From assembly GCA_004764695.1 (NCBI GenBank), contig SMSO01000031.1, positions 472,436-536,435 on the forward strand: a DNA stretch of 64,000 nucleotides. Direction: 5' to 3'. Origin of the DNA: Schizochytrium sp. TIO01 (Eukaryota; Protista; Bigyra: Labyrinthulomycetes). The position numbers and the translations under genes were made by a program. Positions 31,784 to 43,964 of the stretch are shown here, in pieces. Each line of letters opens with the position of its first letter. Position 1 is the stretch's first letter. Below the pieces are notes generated by a model. The model was given only the letters and a program-made list of their open reading frames with translations. It was not told where the DNA came from and ran no database searches.

Positions 31784-32701
31784 ATGAAGTTTCGTCCTTG
31801 CATCGACCTCCACGAAGGCTGCGTGAAGCAGATTGTGGGTGGCACTCTCACCGACGACGCCGACCAAGCGCCTGAGACCAACTTCACTACAGACCGCTCT
31901 GCCGGTCAGTTTGCAGAGCTCTACAGGGATGACTTTCTCAGGGGCGGCCATGTGATCATGCTGGGCAAAGGTAACGAAGAGCCTGCTTTGGAGGCCCTTC
32001 GTGCCTACCCTGGCGGTCTTCAAGTTGGAGGAGGCATCACTCCAGAGAACGCCTCGAAGTATCTTGAAGCAGGGGCCTCACACGTTATCGTGACTTCCTA
32101 TGTTTTTCGGGATGGATCCATTGACTTTGAAAGGCTCAAGCAACTTGAAGATGCTGTGGGAAAAGAGCGTCTGGTGTTAGATTTGAGCTGCAGGAGGCGC
32201 GGAAGCGAGTCTTCTCCCAAGTACTATGTAGTCACGGACCGCTGGCAAAAGTTTACAGACTTTGAGATTTCTGCGGAAAACATCGCGCTGCTTGCGGAGC
32301 ACTGCGACGAATTCCTTGTGCATGGCGTAGATGTGGAGGGCAAACGCGTTGGTATCATCGGCGAACTCGTAGATATGCTTGGCCAGTGGTCACCCATCCC
32401 TGTGACGTACGCAGGTGGTGCTCGCAGTTTTGAAGATCTTGAACTCGTCAAGCTCCTCGGCAGAGGACGCGTGGACCTCACCATTGGCAGTGCTCTGGAT
32501 ATTTTTGGAGGTTCTCTTTCCTACGACTCTGTAGTCAAGTGGCACTATGCAAACAAGCACGGTGATGAGGAGAACCTTGCCGATATTACTGATGCTAAGG
32601 AACGTATGCTCTGCATGGCCGCTCGTGCCGCATTGGAGGCTGATCGTGCTGCCAATTCTGCAAACATTTCTTTCCGCAATATCCTGAGAATGACCATGTA
32701 A
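31784..32701 (+). CDS. HIS6: Phosphoribosylformimino-5-aminoimidazole carboxamide ribotide isomerase (eukaryotic HIS6/HISN3 type)
   Basis: ATG at 31784: MKFRPCIDLHEGCVKQIVGG; GGHVIMLG; GLQVGGGI; GASHVIVTSYVF; LVLDLSCR; EFLVHGVDVEG; PVTYAGG; DLTIGSALDIFGG. Confidence 0.95.
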   Translation: MKFRPCIDLHEGCVKQIVGGTLTDDADQAPETNFTTDRSAGQFAELYRDDFLRGGHVIMLGKGNEEPALEALRAYPGGLQVGGGITPENASKYLEAGASHVIVTSYVFRDGSIDFERLKQLEDAVGKERLVLDLSCRRRGSESSPKYYVVTDRWQKFTDFEISAENIALLAEHCDEFLVHGVDVEGKRVGIIGELVDMLGQWSPIPVTYAGGARSFEDLELVKLLGRGRVDLTIGSALDIFGGSLSYDSVVKWHYANKHGDEENLADITDAKERMLCMAARAALEADRAANSANISFRNILRMTM

Positions 32702-33179
32702 GATGAAGATAGCATGGTAGAGACCCTTTCACATTTCATTTACCATAAATTATCTTTGCCTTTTGAAAAAATTTAAAAAATACATTTAACAAAGGTATGC
32801 TTTTGACCTTGTAGTAGAACTGCCTCGAGATAGTTTGATCTTAAATCAATACCAGTACAGGATAGGCGATCAACGCACACCTAAGTTTATGACGAGATCA
32901 TGGTTAGCTATCTGGCCTTATTGTGTGTATAAGTTTGTTTCTAAATATTTGAAAGGAAACCCATCATCAAATCAGAAGAAGAAGATGAATGAATAAAACG
33001 ATGATATGAACAAGAGGATGAAAAACGCAAAAAATGACGAAAGCATAACTTTTTTGTTTTTGAAAAGGTTGTTTGACCTGAATTATTTTGCTTCAAGACG
33101 GAATATGGGATACATCGGCACAGACTCATATAACCAAATTCTTGTCGGAGCTATTGTTGCTGATACAATATTAACATCT

Positions 33180-35132
33180 TTAAAGAATGCATTGCTTGCC
33201 AATGTGCCCAATTTCAACTTCACTGAGCGGGGTTACATGAGTTTCCGTGGAAAGTGGGCGAGTCATCATAGCAGTCACTACAAACTCCTCCGGTTTCAAG
33301 CGGCCAGAAAGAATATTATTGACAGTTCGGAAAATAGGCAAATGAAGGTTGCACTCTTCAGTAAAAGCGACGGCCACCTTGGCAGTCGGGACACCCTCTA
33401 CGGTGGTAGACGAGAGAATATCTTCAAGAGATTCACCCTTAACAAGGCGAATGCCACATGAGCGGTTGCGACTAAGATCACCAAATGCAGTGAGCATCAA
33501 ATCACCGATTCCAGATAGGCCAGCAATTGTCTCCGGCTTACCGCCCATCGCAATGGCCAGAGATGTAAGCTCGGCACTAGAGCGGGTGACGTATGCAGAC
33601 ATGGTATTGATGCCAAAGCCAAGGCCTTCAATAAGTCCAGCACCAATGGCCAAGGGATTCTTGAGAGCTCCACCCAATTCGACGCCAACGGTATCTTGGG
33701 AAGTATAAATGCGGAAAGATGTTGATGACATCAATCGTTGGATCTTAACGGCGTCTGCGAGTTGCTTTGAAGCAACTACGACCGAAGTGGGCTGCTCGGC
33801 CATAATTTCTTTTGCAAAGGAAGGCCCAGAAAGAACCGCAAACGGTTGTGGGCGACCGAACGCATCAAGCATGGCTTTGGATAACAGACTTTTACTTGCC
33901 AAATGTAAACCCTTCGCAGTAGAGCAGTAAATCACATTAGGAGGGATGCGGTCGCGGTTCTCCAAGATCCAATCCGGGGAGCGCTGTGCGGGAAGGGCGT
34001 GAATAATAAGCTCGGTGCCAGCAAGAGCTTCATCAAGGTCAACGGTAGCAGAAACATTGCTGGGCAACTCAAGCCCAGGGAGGTAGTGGTCGTTGCGACG
34101 AGTCAATTTAATTTCGCGGGCGACCTCTCGCCGGCGTACGTAAATTACAACATTGTGGCCGTTGCGAGCAGCAGCAGCAGCCATGGCAGTACCATAAGCG
34201 CCTCCACCAATGACAGTAATCTTTACGGACTTTTGCGTAGTGTTTGGCCCAAGGTTGAGTTGTTGCCAGATCTGTGTCGTGAGCTGGTCACGGGAATCAT
34301 GTGTAAGGCCAGAAACAGTAAAGTCTGCCGGATCAGCATGTGAGCTAGACTTGAAATGACCACGAAGCATGCGCTCATGTGCAGTTGTAGCTCCCTTGTG
34401 TTTTCCCTTGCGCCAGTTCTGGTATTGGGCTCGGTAAACGCTAAGGACATCAGCAAAGGCATCTACGTCATCATTGCGACGGTATCTGTCGATTTCGGCA
34501 TCGCGAGCAAGGACAGCTTTGGCGGTCTCAACGAAGCTTCGGGGTTTTCGCTCGATCTCTGTTGAGCTCTCAGCAACACGCTGCTTGGGCTCACTGTAAT
34601 ACGACATGAGCGTGGTATTTCCGGCATGGTGTTTTTGTTGCGCTTGAGCCGAAGATGCTCCTTGAGATTCGCCCTGAGCATCTTTCGGTGGTTCTTCACT
34701 GCTAGCACGGCTCTCATCGACGACTGAGGCGACCTGAGCAGCATCAGTTGTAGAACTCAGAGCCTGAGCTGAGGCCAATGGTGGAGGAGTGCTTGCAGTG
34801 CTGCTGCCACCGTACTGACGTCCTGGGCGTTTGTAAACTCGTCTTTGTGGCGTTGTGCGGCGTTCATCCTCATCGATGCCACTAGAGTCATCTTGCTGCA
34901 GCGGAAATGCCCGTGCAGGGTAGGCAGACACTTGCTGTTCTTTGGCAAGCTGTTGAGAGAGTTTTGCGATATGGAAAGCAAGAGCAGCTGTATCTTCTTG
35001 CGTAAAGGCCCGCCCGTGTCGGTTTTCCCTTGCTCTTTGTGTCATTAGAACGCTGGTAAGCATACCCAGAGAGGCCCCTGCGGTTAGAAAGGCCATGGCC
35101 AAAAGCACGGTTTTCCCTCCATCATCTGTCAT
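33180..35132 (-). CDS. gpsA: NAD(P)-dependent glycerol-3-phosphate dehydrogenase (GpsA-like) with ~300-aa N-terminal extension and putative signal anchor
   Basis: VIGGGAYGTA Rossmann motif; STAKG; LSGPSFAKE; GVELGGALKN; GLSGIGDLMLT..SRNR; EGVPT. Confidence 0.93.
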   Translation of the reverse strand: MTDDGGKTVLLAMAFLTAGASLGMLTSVLMTQRARENRHGRAFTQEDTAALAFHIAKLSQQLAKEQQVSAYPARAFPLQQDDSSGIDEDERRTTPQRRVYKRPGRQYGGSSTASTPPPLASAQALSSTTDAAQVASVVDESRASSEEPPKDAQGESQGASSAQAQQKHHAGNTTLMSYYSEPKQRVAESSTEIERKPRSFVETAKAVLARDAEIDRYRRNDDVDAFADVLSVYRAQYQNWRKGKHKGATTAHERMLRGHFKSSSHADPADFTVSGLTHDSRDQLTTQIWQQLNLGPNTTQKSVKITVIGGGAYGTAMAAAAARNGHNVVIYVRRREVAREIKLTRRNDHYLPGLELPSNVSATVDLDEALAGTELIIHALPAQRSPDWILENRDRIPPNVIYCSTAKGLHLASKSLLSKAMLDAFGRPQPFAVLSGPSFAKEIMAEQPTSVVVASKQLADAVKIQRLMSSTSFRIYTSQDTVGVELGGALKNPLAIGAGLIEGLGFGINTMSAYVTRSSAELTSLAIAMGGKPETIAGLSGIGDLMLTAFGDLSRNRSCGIRLVKGESLEDILSSTTVEGVPTAKVAVAFTEECNLHLPIFRTVNNILSGRLKPEEFVVTAMMTRPLSTETHVTPLSEVEIGHIGKQCIL

Positions 35133-35557
35133 GATATCGCGCTGTTCCAGCTAATTAGTTTCAACGCAACAGTAATAGCGAGCGAAGGCTGTAGCTGTTA
35201 GTTTCAGGTTTGTTGCTGATAGTTTATAAGTGCTTGGCCTTGCGTGAGGCTACAATTGTCTAGATTCGAATGACAGTATGATCTGAGAAATCGAAATTTG
35301 TTCTGCTTCGGTTTTCACTTACTACGCAAGTTATATCTGCTGAAGGCTCAAAAGCCTGATGATACTTTGACGCTGTGCTAAACCCTGAGGGCACTGACAA
35401 TCCTTTGAGTCGCCTCCGCTCCAGAGACGCGAGTGAGTCACTCCGTTTTGTCTCTTGGGGCAGGCCAGGTAGACAAGTAAGCGATTTAAGTTGCCTGAAT
35501 CGCTGAGTGATTCTCGAGTGAGCGAGCAACAGCAAGCAAAAGCAAGTAAAAAAGCAA

Positions 35558-35675
<118 letters not shown>

Positions 35676-36491
35676 TAGCTAGCTGGCTAGCCAGACCTGG
35701 AAAAGGTATGTTCTAGTCTTCACCTACAAGGCCAAGCGACCTTGCTTGTCTCTATTCAGGTCTGATGGGCCAAGGCACCCGAGTTGGCTAAGCAAACTTC
35801 TTGGGCTTTCCTTGGCCGCCCTTAACTCTTTTGTCATATTTTTATAATATAAGAAATAAAAATAAAAATAAGAATAAAAGAAAAAACCATCATCAAAATT
35901 CAAATAATAATTCAAACCAGGAAAAGCTTGAAAGTTTCTTGGGTTGGCTACTACCCCATAGTCAAAACTATGTAGCAGGTGCTACCTGAAAGGATTCTCT
36001 TCCTTTCAGGGTCAATTTTTGCGTACCTACCACTTCGACACAAATCTCTTTTTTTATTAAAACTCAAGCCAAAACAATATGGTGAGGTTCTGTCGTAGAA
36101 AGGACATACATTCGTTCCTACATAGCTGTCTAGCTATAGTTGGCTAGGTACTGCTAGTAAGTAGCGACCTCTCTCTCTCTCGTGGGTACGTAGGTAGCTC
36201 CTACCGCATCTTAGAGACCTTACTCGCTTGAGAGGTCTTTGCTTGAAAGGCTTCCTTTCTCTCGGTATTACGTAGTAGCTGTCCAAAACTACAGCATGAT
36301 TTCGTATGAGGTAGACTACTACTTCGAAGCCAAATGAAGCAGATCGAAAAGTGGAGAACCAGGCGAGCTAGGAAGGTATGCCCATCGCTGCATTGCGAGC
36401 AGACTTCTTCGTGGGAGGAGCCAGTGTGAGCTAGTTCTGCCACTATGAGCTAGTTCTGAGCAAGCCGCGCCATGAGATGGTATCGATCGAT

Positions 36492-36688
36492 CTATCTATT
36501 TATCTATTTATTTATCTATTTATTTATCTATTTATTTATCTATTTATTTATCTATTTATTTATCTATTTATTTATCTATTTATTTATCTATTTATTTATC
36601 TATTTATTTATCTATTTATTTATCTATTTATTTATCTATTTATTTATCTATTTATTTATCTATTTATTTATCTATTTATTTATCTATC
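36492..36688. repeat. 12-bp unit minisatellite (TTTATTTATCTA)n, ~16 units
   Basis: Directly visible, highly regular. Confidence 0.95.
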
Positions 36689-37086
36689 TAACTGTCTATC
36701 AACACTTGTTTATGCGCGCACACACGTATGAACGAGCGAGCGCATAGCTGACGTAGGCGTCTGCCTAAGAGTGCCTACTGCCTGCTACTGGAGTAGTTAG
36801 GTAAGGAGGGAGCAATGCAATGCCACGAGACCTACTTACGAGGGCCCCTACCCTCCTAGGTAGGGAGGTCTTACTGTCTTCGTGAGGCTCTTTTCCGAGT
36901 TTTTAGTCTTCGTCTGAGGATGGAAACATTTGTTTGTCGAACCGAGAGAAAGGAACGTAAGAGAGAAAGAGAGAGAGAGAGAGCGAAGCAGCAGAAGGGC
37001 CAAATTCTGCAATGCGGAGAGAACGAGCAGGTTGCGGCCCAACACTGATTGAAGGCTCAACCAATCGGCCAACTGACCAATGAGGT

Positions 37087-37140
37087 CACGCAGGCAAGGC
37101 GTCTCATGCAGGCAAGGCGTCTCATGCAGGCAAGCAAGCA
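37087..37140. repeat. 18-bp tandem repeat (catgcaggcaaggcgtct), ~2.5 copies, just downstream of two CCAAT motifs
   Basis: Directly visible; CCAAT at ~37061 and ~37077. Confidence 0.7.
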
Positions 37141-37244
37141 AGTATCTTGTCCTGCCTTCTATTCTATCCTCATCAGAAAGAGACTGTTCCACCATTCACT
37201 GCGTTACTAAGTGACTAAAGCTCAGGCGCACTTCAACGAGGGAC

Positions 37245-37326
37245 TGACTGATCGGTTGATTAATTGATTGATCGATGGATCGATTAATTGACTGATTAAC
37301 AGAGTGAGTCAGTGATCGATTGGTAC

Positions 37327-37364
<38 letters not shown>

Positions 37365-37400
37365 CGATTGGTACATTGATTGATTGATTGATTGATTGAT
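37245..37400. repeat. (TTGA)n microsatellite with GTAC interruptions
   Basis: Directly visible. Confidence 0.85.
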
Positions 37401-40400
37401 GTGGATGGAGCAAAGCGTCCCATTTGAGGCTGGCTATCAATTGAACCTGAGGGAACGTGCTGCTAGGCAGGTCTTATTATAGGCAGACACAGGGAAAGTT
37501 GGTTTTGCTTCGTAATTGTAGGTGCCCAAAGCAGGCACCTCTAGAGAGGTAGGCAGTAGTAGGTTGACAGGTGACAAGGCTGCAAAAGAAATGAGTTTGG
37601 AGAGCTCCATCTCCGAGACTCATTGTTTTAGTTTGATAAATAGCAGAGCTTGATTCAATTATTTGCTGTTGAGTTCCTTGGTAAAGTTTCCACTGTTGAT
37701 GCAGTAGCAACTTGTGGGGTGAAAGCTGTTTCAGTGTCTCGAAGGGCCGAGAAAGTCCAAGGCTCAGATCCATTGACTTGGCAGGAAACGCAAGATCCCC
37801 AGGTAATGCAGTGTCAGTGAAGCGTAATATCGAAAGTATTGATTTTATTTATTATCATAATAAATTAAAAGAAAAGCTTTAAGACAAAAAACTCTTTTTT
37901 TAAATTAAAATGATACAGGCCACTTACTTCGTAGATGGCAAATTGCACCTGATGGTGATGGCGACTCGGAGGATACAATTATCTCCTCCTCGCGCGGTTC
38001 TTGAGTTTCCGCCCAGTTACGAGGGCAAACCCACTTGAAGAACTAACTGGGCATGCGTGTTATTAATCAGACCTCCTTAGAAGCCAGAAGCTTTATGCAA
38101 GTGCTTTCTCTTACTGCTACGCCACCGGTGAAGATCCAAGCAAACGCCAAAAACGCGTTCTGCCCCCTAGTTTAGTAAAGCTTTCGATTAGCAACCGAAA
38201 GCCCAAAGGTTCAAATGCAAGCTCGATCCCCTCATAAGTTAGCTAGCTAGCACTCTCACTATCTGCCGTTGGGGAGAACTCAAGAAGGCACAGCGTATGT
38301 GTGTATGTATGTATGTATGCTCATACGGTCCCAGGATGACAAGCAATCCAAGTCCAAGAGCTCAGGATGAGCAAGCATTTCGAAACAACATGAAGGAAGA
38401 GCGAGAGTGCTGGGACCACAGATGGATGGCGATAAGACTCCTTGGAGGGAGGCAGCTCGTCAAGTTTCGCGAAACTAGGGAAAGAACATCCACTCGAGAA
38501 GACCAAGCAAGCTTCATGAAGTGTCGCGAGAACTCGAAGGGGTGTAAGGTTGTCAAAGCAGCAAGCAAGTTGATAGCCTGCTACTACAGTCCGTCGGAAG
38601 CCATCACGGCGGAGTCAACCTGCAGAGTTGGCAAATTCGTTGAGCGAGAAACTCTTTCGGGCCAAGTTTGGAGGGCTAGGGAGAAAGGACTTTCCTGATT
38701 AAAGTTCGAGTGACTAGACTTCGAGTAGCTAAGCACCCTCGAGCCTATCTTTTCCTCAAAGTCAACCAGTTATTCGGGAGGGATGTGGACATCCGCAAAC
38801 ACAACTTAAGCATTCACGCTGATTACGCTCGTGAGGATGGGTCTCGCCGAAATAAATACGACTGTCAGAAACTAAGTAAAGCTTCATTCTCTCCACGATC
38901 AGAGGTTAGTTAGTAGGTAGTTTGATATTTGGGGCTCTCAAATATGGTCAATCTCGTATTTCTAATTTGCAAAGTTGTGACAAGTTTATTGACTGCAGTT
39001 GCATGACCATCGAATACACGGGGAGATTTAGTATTGCTTCGCATGGAACGGCAAGTAAATGAAATCTCTTTTTCGTGACTTCTTGTCAATGTGCACCTTT
39101 ATGACTTCACTTTTGATCTGATACTGTCATGAAAGGTATAGTATTGAAAGTAAATAAATGAATAAATAAATAAATAATAAATAATTAAATCCTGAAGATT
39201 CGAATGTTTTTGCTTGTTTAGTCACCTGGCATACTTTACGACACTCCTAGTTTCCAAAGCCCATTAAGATGTCTTAAATTTATTGTCGCATTTGAGTGTT
39301 GCTTCTCATAGAACTTGGAGGCTGGCAGTATTAATGCGAAATCTCCTTCTGCTTAAGTTTTTACCTTTCTAGATTAGCAGTATTCGATGGATTCCAAGAA
39401 ACTGAACTTTCCTTTTTTTTTTTTTTCTTTCTTTCTTTCTTTGTTTTAAAGCTTCTAATAGTAGTAGTAGATGGATGAATGATATAAAAGTATTGGAAAG
39501 AAAGACTTAATATTTCAATCGCATCCTTCGATTGCGTAGTCGAGAAAGAAATCCTTTTCATTGATGACGTCGAGATGGTAGTACCTAAGCAGTTGCATAC
39601 TACTACCTACTATATGTGTGTACCCATCTCTACAGACGCTCTAGTTCTATCCACAACCTGGGCGCTCGTAAACACATAGATAGACAGGTATTAGGAAATA
39701 TTAGCTTTCTTGAGAAGCAACATGATGATGACTCCAATCAATGATTTCTTGTCAGGACTTACCAGCACGCGGAAATTGATCAAATATCAGAGATACAGCA
39801 CATCAGAAGCTTCTGCGCCTGCAAGCTCGTAGGAGGAGGCGCAGAAAAACAAACAAAGCAAACAAACAAAAAGCACGTTGCCCACACCAATGAAACCAAC
39901 TATGACACTAGCACTCCACAGTATACCAGGTTATTCCTGCAGTAGACACATTATTTTGGACCCATGATTTATCGAATCAAGGCGAGAATCGAAGCTTAAT
40001 AAAAACTCGACCTTCTTCGAACGGGTATTAAATTGTTTGGTCGCAGAGTGTTTCTACGGATGTTTTTTCAGAGTTTATACCCTTATCAAAATCATACTTT
40101 GTCATCCAAGCTGCATCGTGCCCTTAAAATGCCTAAAAGTCACTCTAGATAGGTACTCTACCAATAATTTTACTCAGGAGAAAACTTAAATATTTCACAA
40201 TTGAAGTATGCTATGCATATTTAGGCCAGAGCAGACAGTAGGTAGTCCGGTGAATGTTAACAAACGCAAGCAGGCTTTCTGATCTCCAACGATGCTATGA
40301 ACCAACACACTCGCGCTCCTGCCCTATTATTTGACCTGGTAGGACTGAATTATGTTACTAACCGAGCTGACTTGTTCGATGTGGTTTCGCATCGAATCTA

Positions 40401-42584
40401 AGTACGAGTGAGCCTTGTGCAGACCTGCCAGTTTCTGGAGAGTCGACCTTGTGGAGTTGCTGTAGAAGCATGTCAAGGCCAAAATAGAACACATCTAAAT
40501 AGATCCCAATGTTACTTCACGTTTTCTGGGAGTAAAATGTACGAACATATCCTTATTCAATGATGCAAACTTGATGTGAGTCTTACTATCTGGAAATAAA
40601 GCTAAACTTGCAGCCTTTCTGTTTCATACAAATTGCTCTCTCAAGGCTAAAAGACATGCATGACAACCTTTGTTTTATTACCCAGAAATACGCCTACGCA
40701 TTTTATTCTTACCCGCAAGAACACCGATACTACCTCGGTGGAGCAATCAGATGTTTAATTTCGCCACCTCGCGATCCTACTTATCACAATATAGGCATAC
40801 AACGAAGACAGAACATAGAATATGATCGAAATTTGAAGATCAAAAGATCAAAACCATAGTCAGAAATTGTAAGAAAGAACTCTTCAACTGCTGGAACCCT
40901 CCCAATCCAGCTCTTCTATTTTCCATAGTGCATAGTGCGGTCCTTCTGTCGGTAGAACACACCTAGACGTGGCATGACACGGGTTCTTTTGGGGAGATAC
41001 TTGTCGGAGGTTGCTGTATTACATTGTATCAACATTTTGTACAAGAAGCAAGAAGAACCGGGAGCACACGAAGGGCTTCAGGTATTTTGATATTTGCCAA
41101 AACCCATGCAATCTGGGTTCCTTTTCTAGAACTCAAAGGGTGGTCGGAGTTTTCTTTAATGGGAGACACCTCTTGCTGAAATGCCCCGTAAGACATGTTC
41201 AATTTGTTCATGTAGATAGGAGGAACTATTGGTGAACTGTGCAGTTATTTGCTACCAGGGTTTCCTAGTGAATGTTTGTTGTCTCACTGAAGTATCACCT
41301 GCAATGAAAATATAATTCGAGCTTTTTAAAGTGAAGAAGTTGAGGGCTCCGATACTCGAACTTAAACGTGAAACTAAACCGCAGGTAGCATCCATGTGTT
41401 AAGAGAAATATTACCTTTTGCATGAGAGCGTTGCTGTGGTCTAAATCAATGTGTGTGCGAAGGTTGCATTCAGAAGGATTCTTTCGAACCATGAACTCAT
41501 GATGGGTGATATGTTTTGACTCGGCAGTGTTTTAAAGCAAGCAAGCAAGCAAGCAAGCGAAAGAATTGATTGATTAGAGAAGTCTCTGACTAGTGGGGGT
41601 GTATCCTGGAGATGCATGTATATTTCTTCTAGTAGATCGAAAGTACTCGGGTACGTACGTAGGTAGGTAGAATATAAGGTGCTTCATTGGTGATGGTGGT
41701 AAAAGGTCCAGCGCCATACACTGAAGCGGGGCTTCATGGCAGATAAGTATAGATAGTGTAGAATGGCACGTGCATATAGGAGTTACATAAGCCGAGACTA
41801 GAAGCCCGCTGTGTCATGATGGCTGCTTATTACTATTTAAGTGGTGAACTTCGGATATGCATACAGTTTCCACAAAATGACGCATACTACCTCTAGAGGT
41901 AGTGCGGCACTGGTTGGAGCAAACTTCCTCTGCACTAAGACCAATCTCTCGTCCAATAAGCGAAAAATTAGATCCACCCGACGAAGGGGGGGGGGTGGGG
42001 CGGGGCTAGCTTCTTGGTTGCTCAAGCAGCCACCTAGTCTGTCCTCGATTCAGATATTTGTCTAGTATCTGGTAGGTTGAATGAAGTATGTAGGTACGTA
42101 CTATGGAGGTATGGAAGGTGACACTTTAGAAATGGAAGGGCAGCACTCCTAATACATACTAGATTATGATATACGTGTACTATGTATCTACTACTGTTAG
42201 TAGTAGAACCAGGGACCAGACCTCCATGACCGATTGGTCGATGACACTCATTATCACTGGAGGCCGCACCAGATTCATGCTACATAGAGCGATATAAAAT
42301 GTGATGGAGTGAATTAGCTATCAAAGAATCACGATCGCTCGATTGCTTCATAGATCCTATGAAGATTAAAAAATGGTTTGAAGTACCCTACCTAGGCTCC
42401 TCTATAATGTCGAGCATTTTTTCTGTGCAATCATTGGTCTGGTTGGGTAGGTAGGTACCCTAGCTATCTATAAAAACATGTATTGTACGTAGTACGGTAC
42501 TAGCATCAGAATTAAGGAATCACGATTACCGAAGTCTGTCACTTGTTGTTCACAAAATGCCATCGACAAGTTCGCTTGGCAGCA

Positions 42585-43964
42585 ATGCGAAGACTCATCG
42601 CGGCAACCTTGCGGCGCCAAGGCACCGGGGATCTGGACAGTGAAGATCACGAGCTCACCAGTAGGGAAAGTAGAGTCGAGGTTAGTGGAGAAGATGTTGC
42701 GCAGGAGGAACTGGAAACAGGCCCAGCTCATAGTAAGGGGTCCCACGAAAGGAAAAAACCAATTGTAGTCTTGAAGCAGATCATAAGAAGACCTTCGAGT
42801 GTACGACGACGGAGCCAGAGGTCTTCATCAAAGGGGAGTCAAGGTTGCAGGGAAATTGCCCAGCAGTTACTGCAAGAAGACGACGATGAAACTGAGTTTG
42901 AGGGAGTTAGAAGCTCTCGTCGTTTGAGCAGTCAGTCTAACCAAGACATGATTGCCACAGAATCAAGACTCGATGCAGTGTTTGGTAACAGCTTGCAACG
43001 AGAGGAGGCAGGGCATTCCAAGATGCCTCGTCGAAGCAGGGCGAGATGCACCAGTTCGAGGAGAAATTTACAGTCTGCGAAGTTTGTTTCTTTGCCCTCG
43101 GATCACGAGCCGCCGCGGCTCTTGCAAACTGCTGGACTTCTGCAGCTCATCAACTTCCACGATCGAATGCGGGAAGTTGCAGGTGAAGACTCCTTCGATA
43201 AATACTTGGACTACCTTGCACAAGCCCGAACTCAGGGCGAACTTCGCAAAAATGTCTACCTCCTTCTCCGCAATCATGTGGAGCTCTTGGAGGACTTCGA
43301 GGCTTGTCTCGGTAACCCTTCACCTAGCTACCGGGGCCACTCCCCAAAGGGCAGCTTCTCACACTCCAGCGGGGAGGACCATTTCAGTGGAGATGACTTG
43401 GGTGCCAGCCTTTCTCTGCTTCAGTATAATACAGCTTCTGCAATGGAAGGTTTAGAACAGCTCGCACATGTCGGCGGGATTAGCACTCCACTGAGCTCGG
43501 TTCTTACACCTGGTATGGGGCTAGGTAGCGATACCGGGAGCCAGACTGATCGTGAAGCTGAAGATCAGTTTCCTGATGGGGATGATTTTGATGACGATCT
43601 TTCTCAAGGTCGTGCTAGGGGAACTCGGTATACTATGAGAACTCAGATGACGTATATGTCGCAATGTGCTGAAGATGTAATGGAGCTCGAAGATTTGCTA
43701 GCAGAATTTCGGGAGGCTCTTGTAGACGAAGTTGATGCGTATGCTGATATGCTGGATATTCTAGACGACCTTCAAACGGGTAGGATCTCTCGTGAGCTAT
43801 GTCTTCAAGCCATTGAAGAGCGCCTAGAGGGTGTTCATGACGAAATGTTGCCCGAAGTTACCCCTCTTGTTGATGCTGTTTTACGACACCAAGTTGAGGT
43901 GCTTGAGGAACTCTCAGTTTACGAAGACACAGATGACGTCCCACCCCCACCCCCTCCACCTTGA
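42585..43964 (+). CDS. Hypothetical protein with two degenerate PAH-like (paired amphipathic helix) segments and a poly-Pro C-terminus
   Basis: ~460-aa ORF; FDKYLDYL..VYLLLRNHVELLEDFEACL and YADMLDILDDLQTGRISRELCLQAIEERL resemble PAH helices. The true start may be the out-of-frame ATG at ~42557. Confidence 0.6.
   Translation: MRRLIAATLRRQGTGDLDSEDHELTSRESRVEVSGEDVAQEELETGPAHSKGSHERKKPIVVLKQIIRRPSSVRRRSQRSSSKGSQGCREIAQQLLQEDDDETEFEGVRSSRRLSSQSNQDMIATESRLDAVFGNSLQREEAGHSKMPRRSRARCTSSRRNLQSAKFVSLPSDHEPPRLLQTAGLLQLINFHDRMREVAGEDSFDKYLDYLAQARTQGELRKNVYLLLRNHVELLEDFEACLGNPSPSYRGHSPKGSFSHSSGEDHFSGDDLGASLSLLQYNTASAMEGLEQLAHVGGISTPLSSVLTPGMGLGSDTGSQTDREAEDQFPDGDDFDDDLSQGRARGTRYTMRTQMTYMSQCAEDVMELEDLLAEFREALVDEVDAYADMLDILDDLQTGRISRELCLQAIEERLEGVHDEMLPEVTPLVDAVLRHQVEVLEELSVYEDTDDVPPPPPPP

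Noticed and set aside
33006-33461. 151-aa plus-strand ORF overlapping the GPDH 3' end
   Set aside because: Mostly antisense to a conserved CDS, with no motif.
38297-38913. GQVWRAR..FLIKV as a degenerate kinase N-lobe
   Set aside because: No Gly-rich loop, HRD or DFG motif follows.
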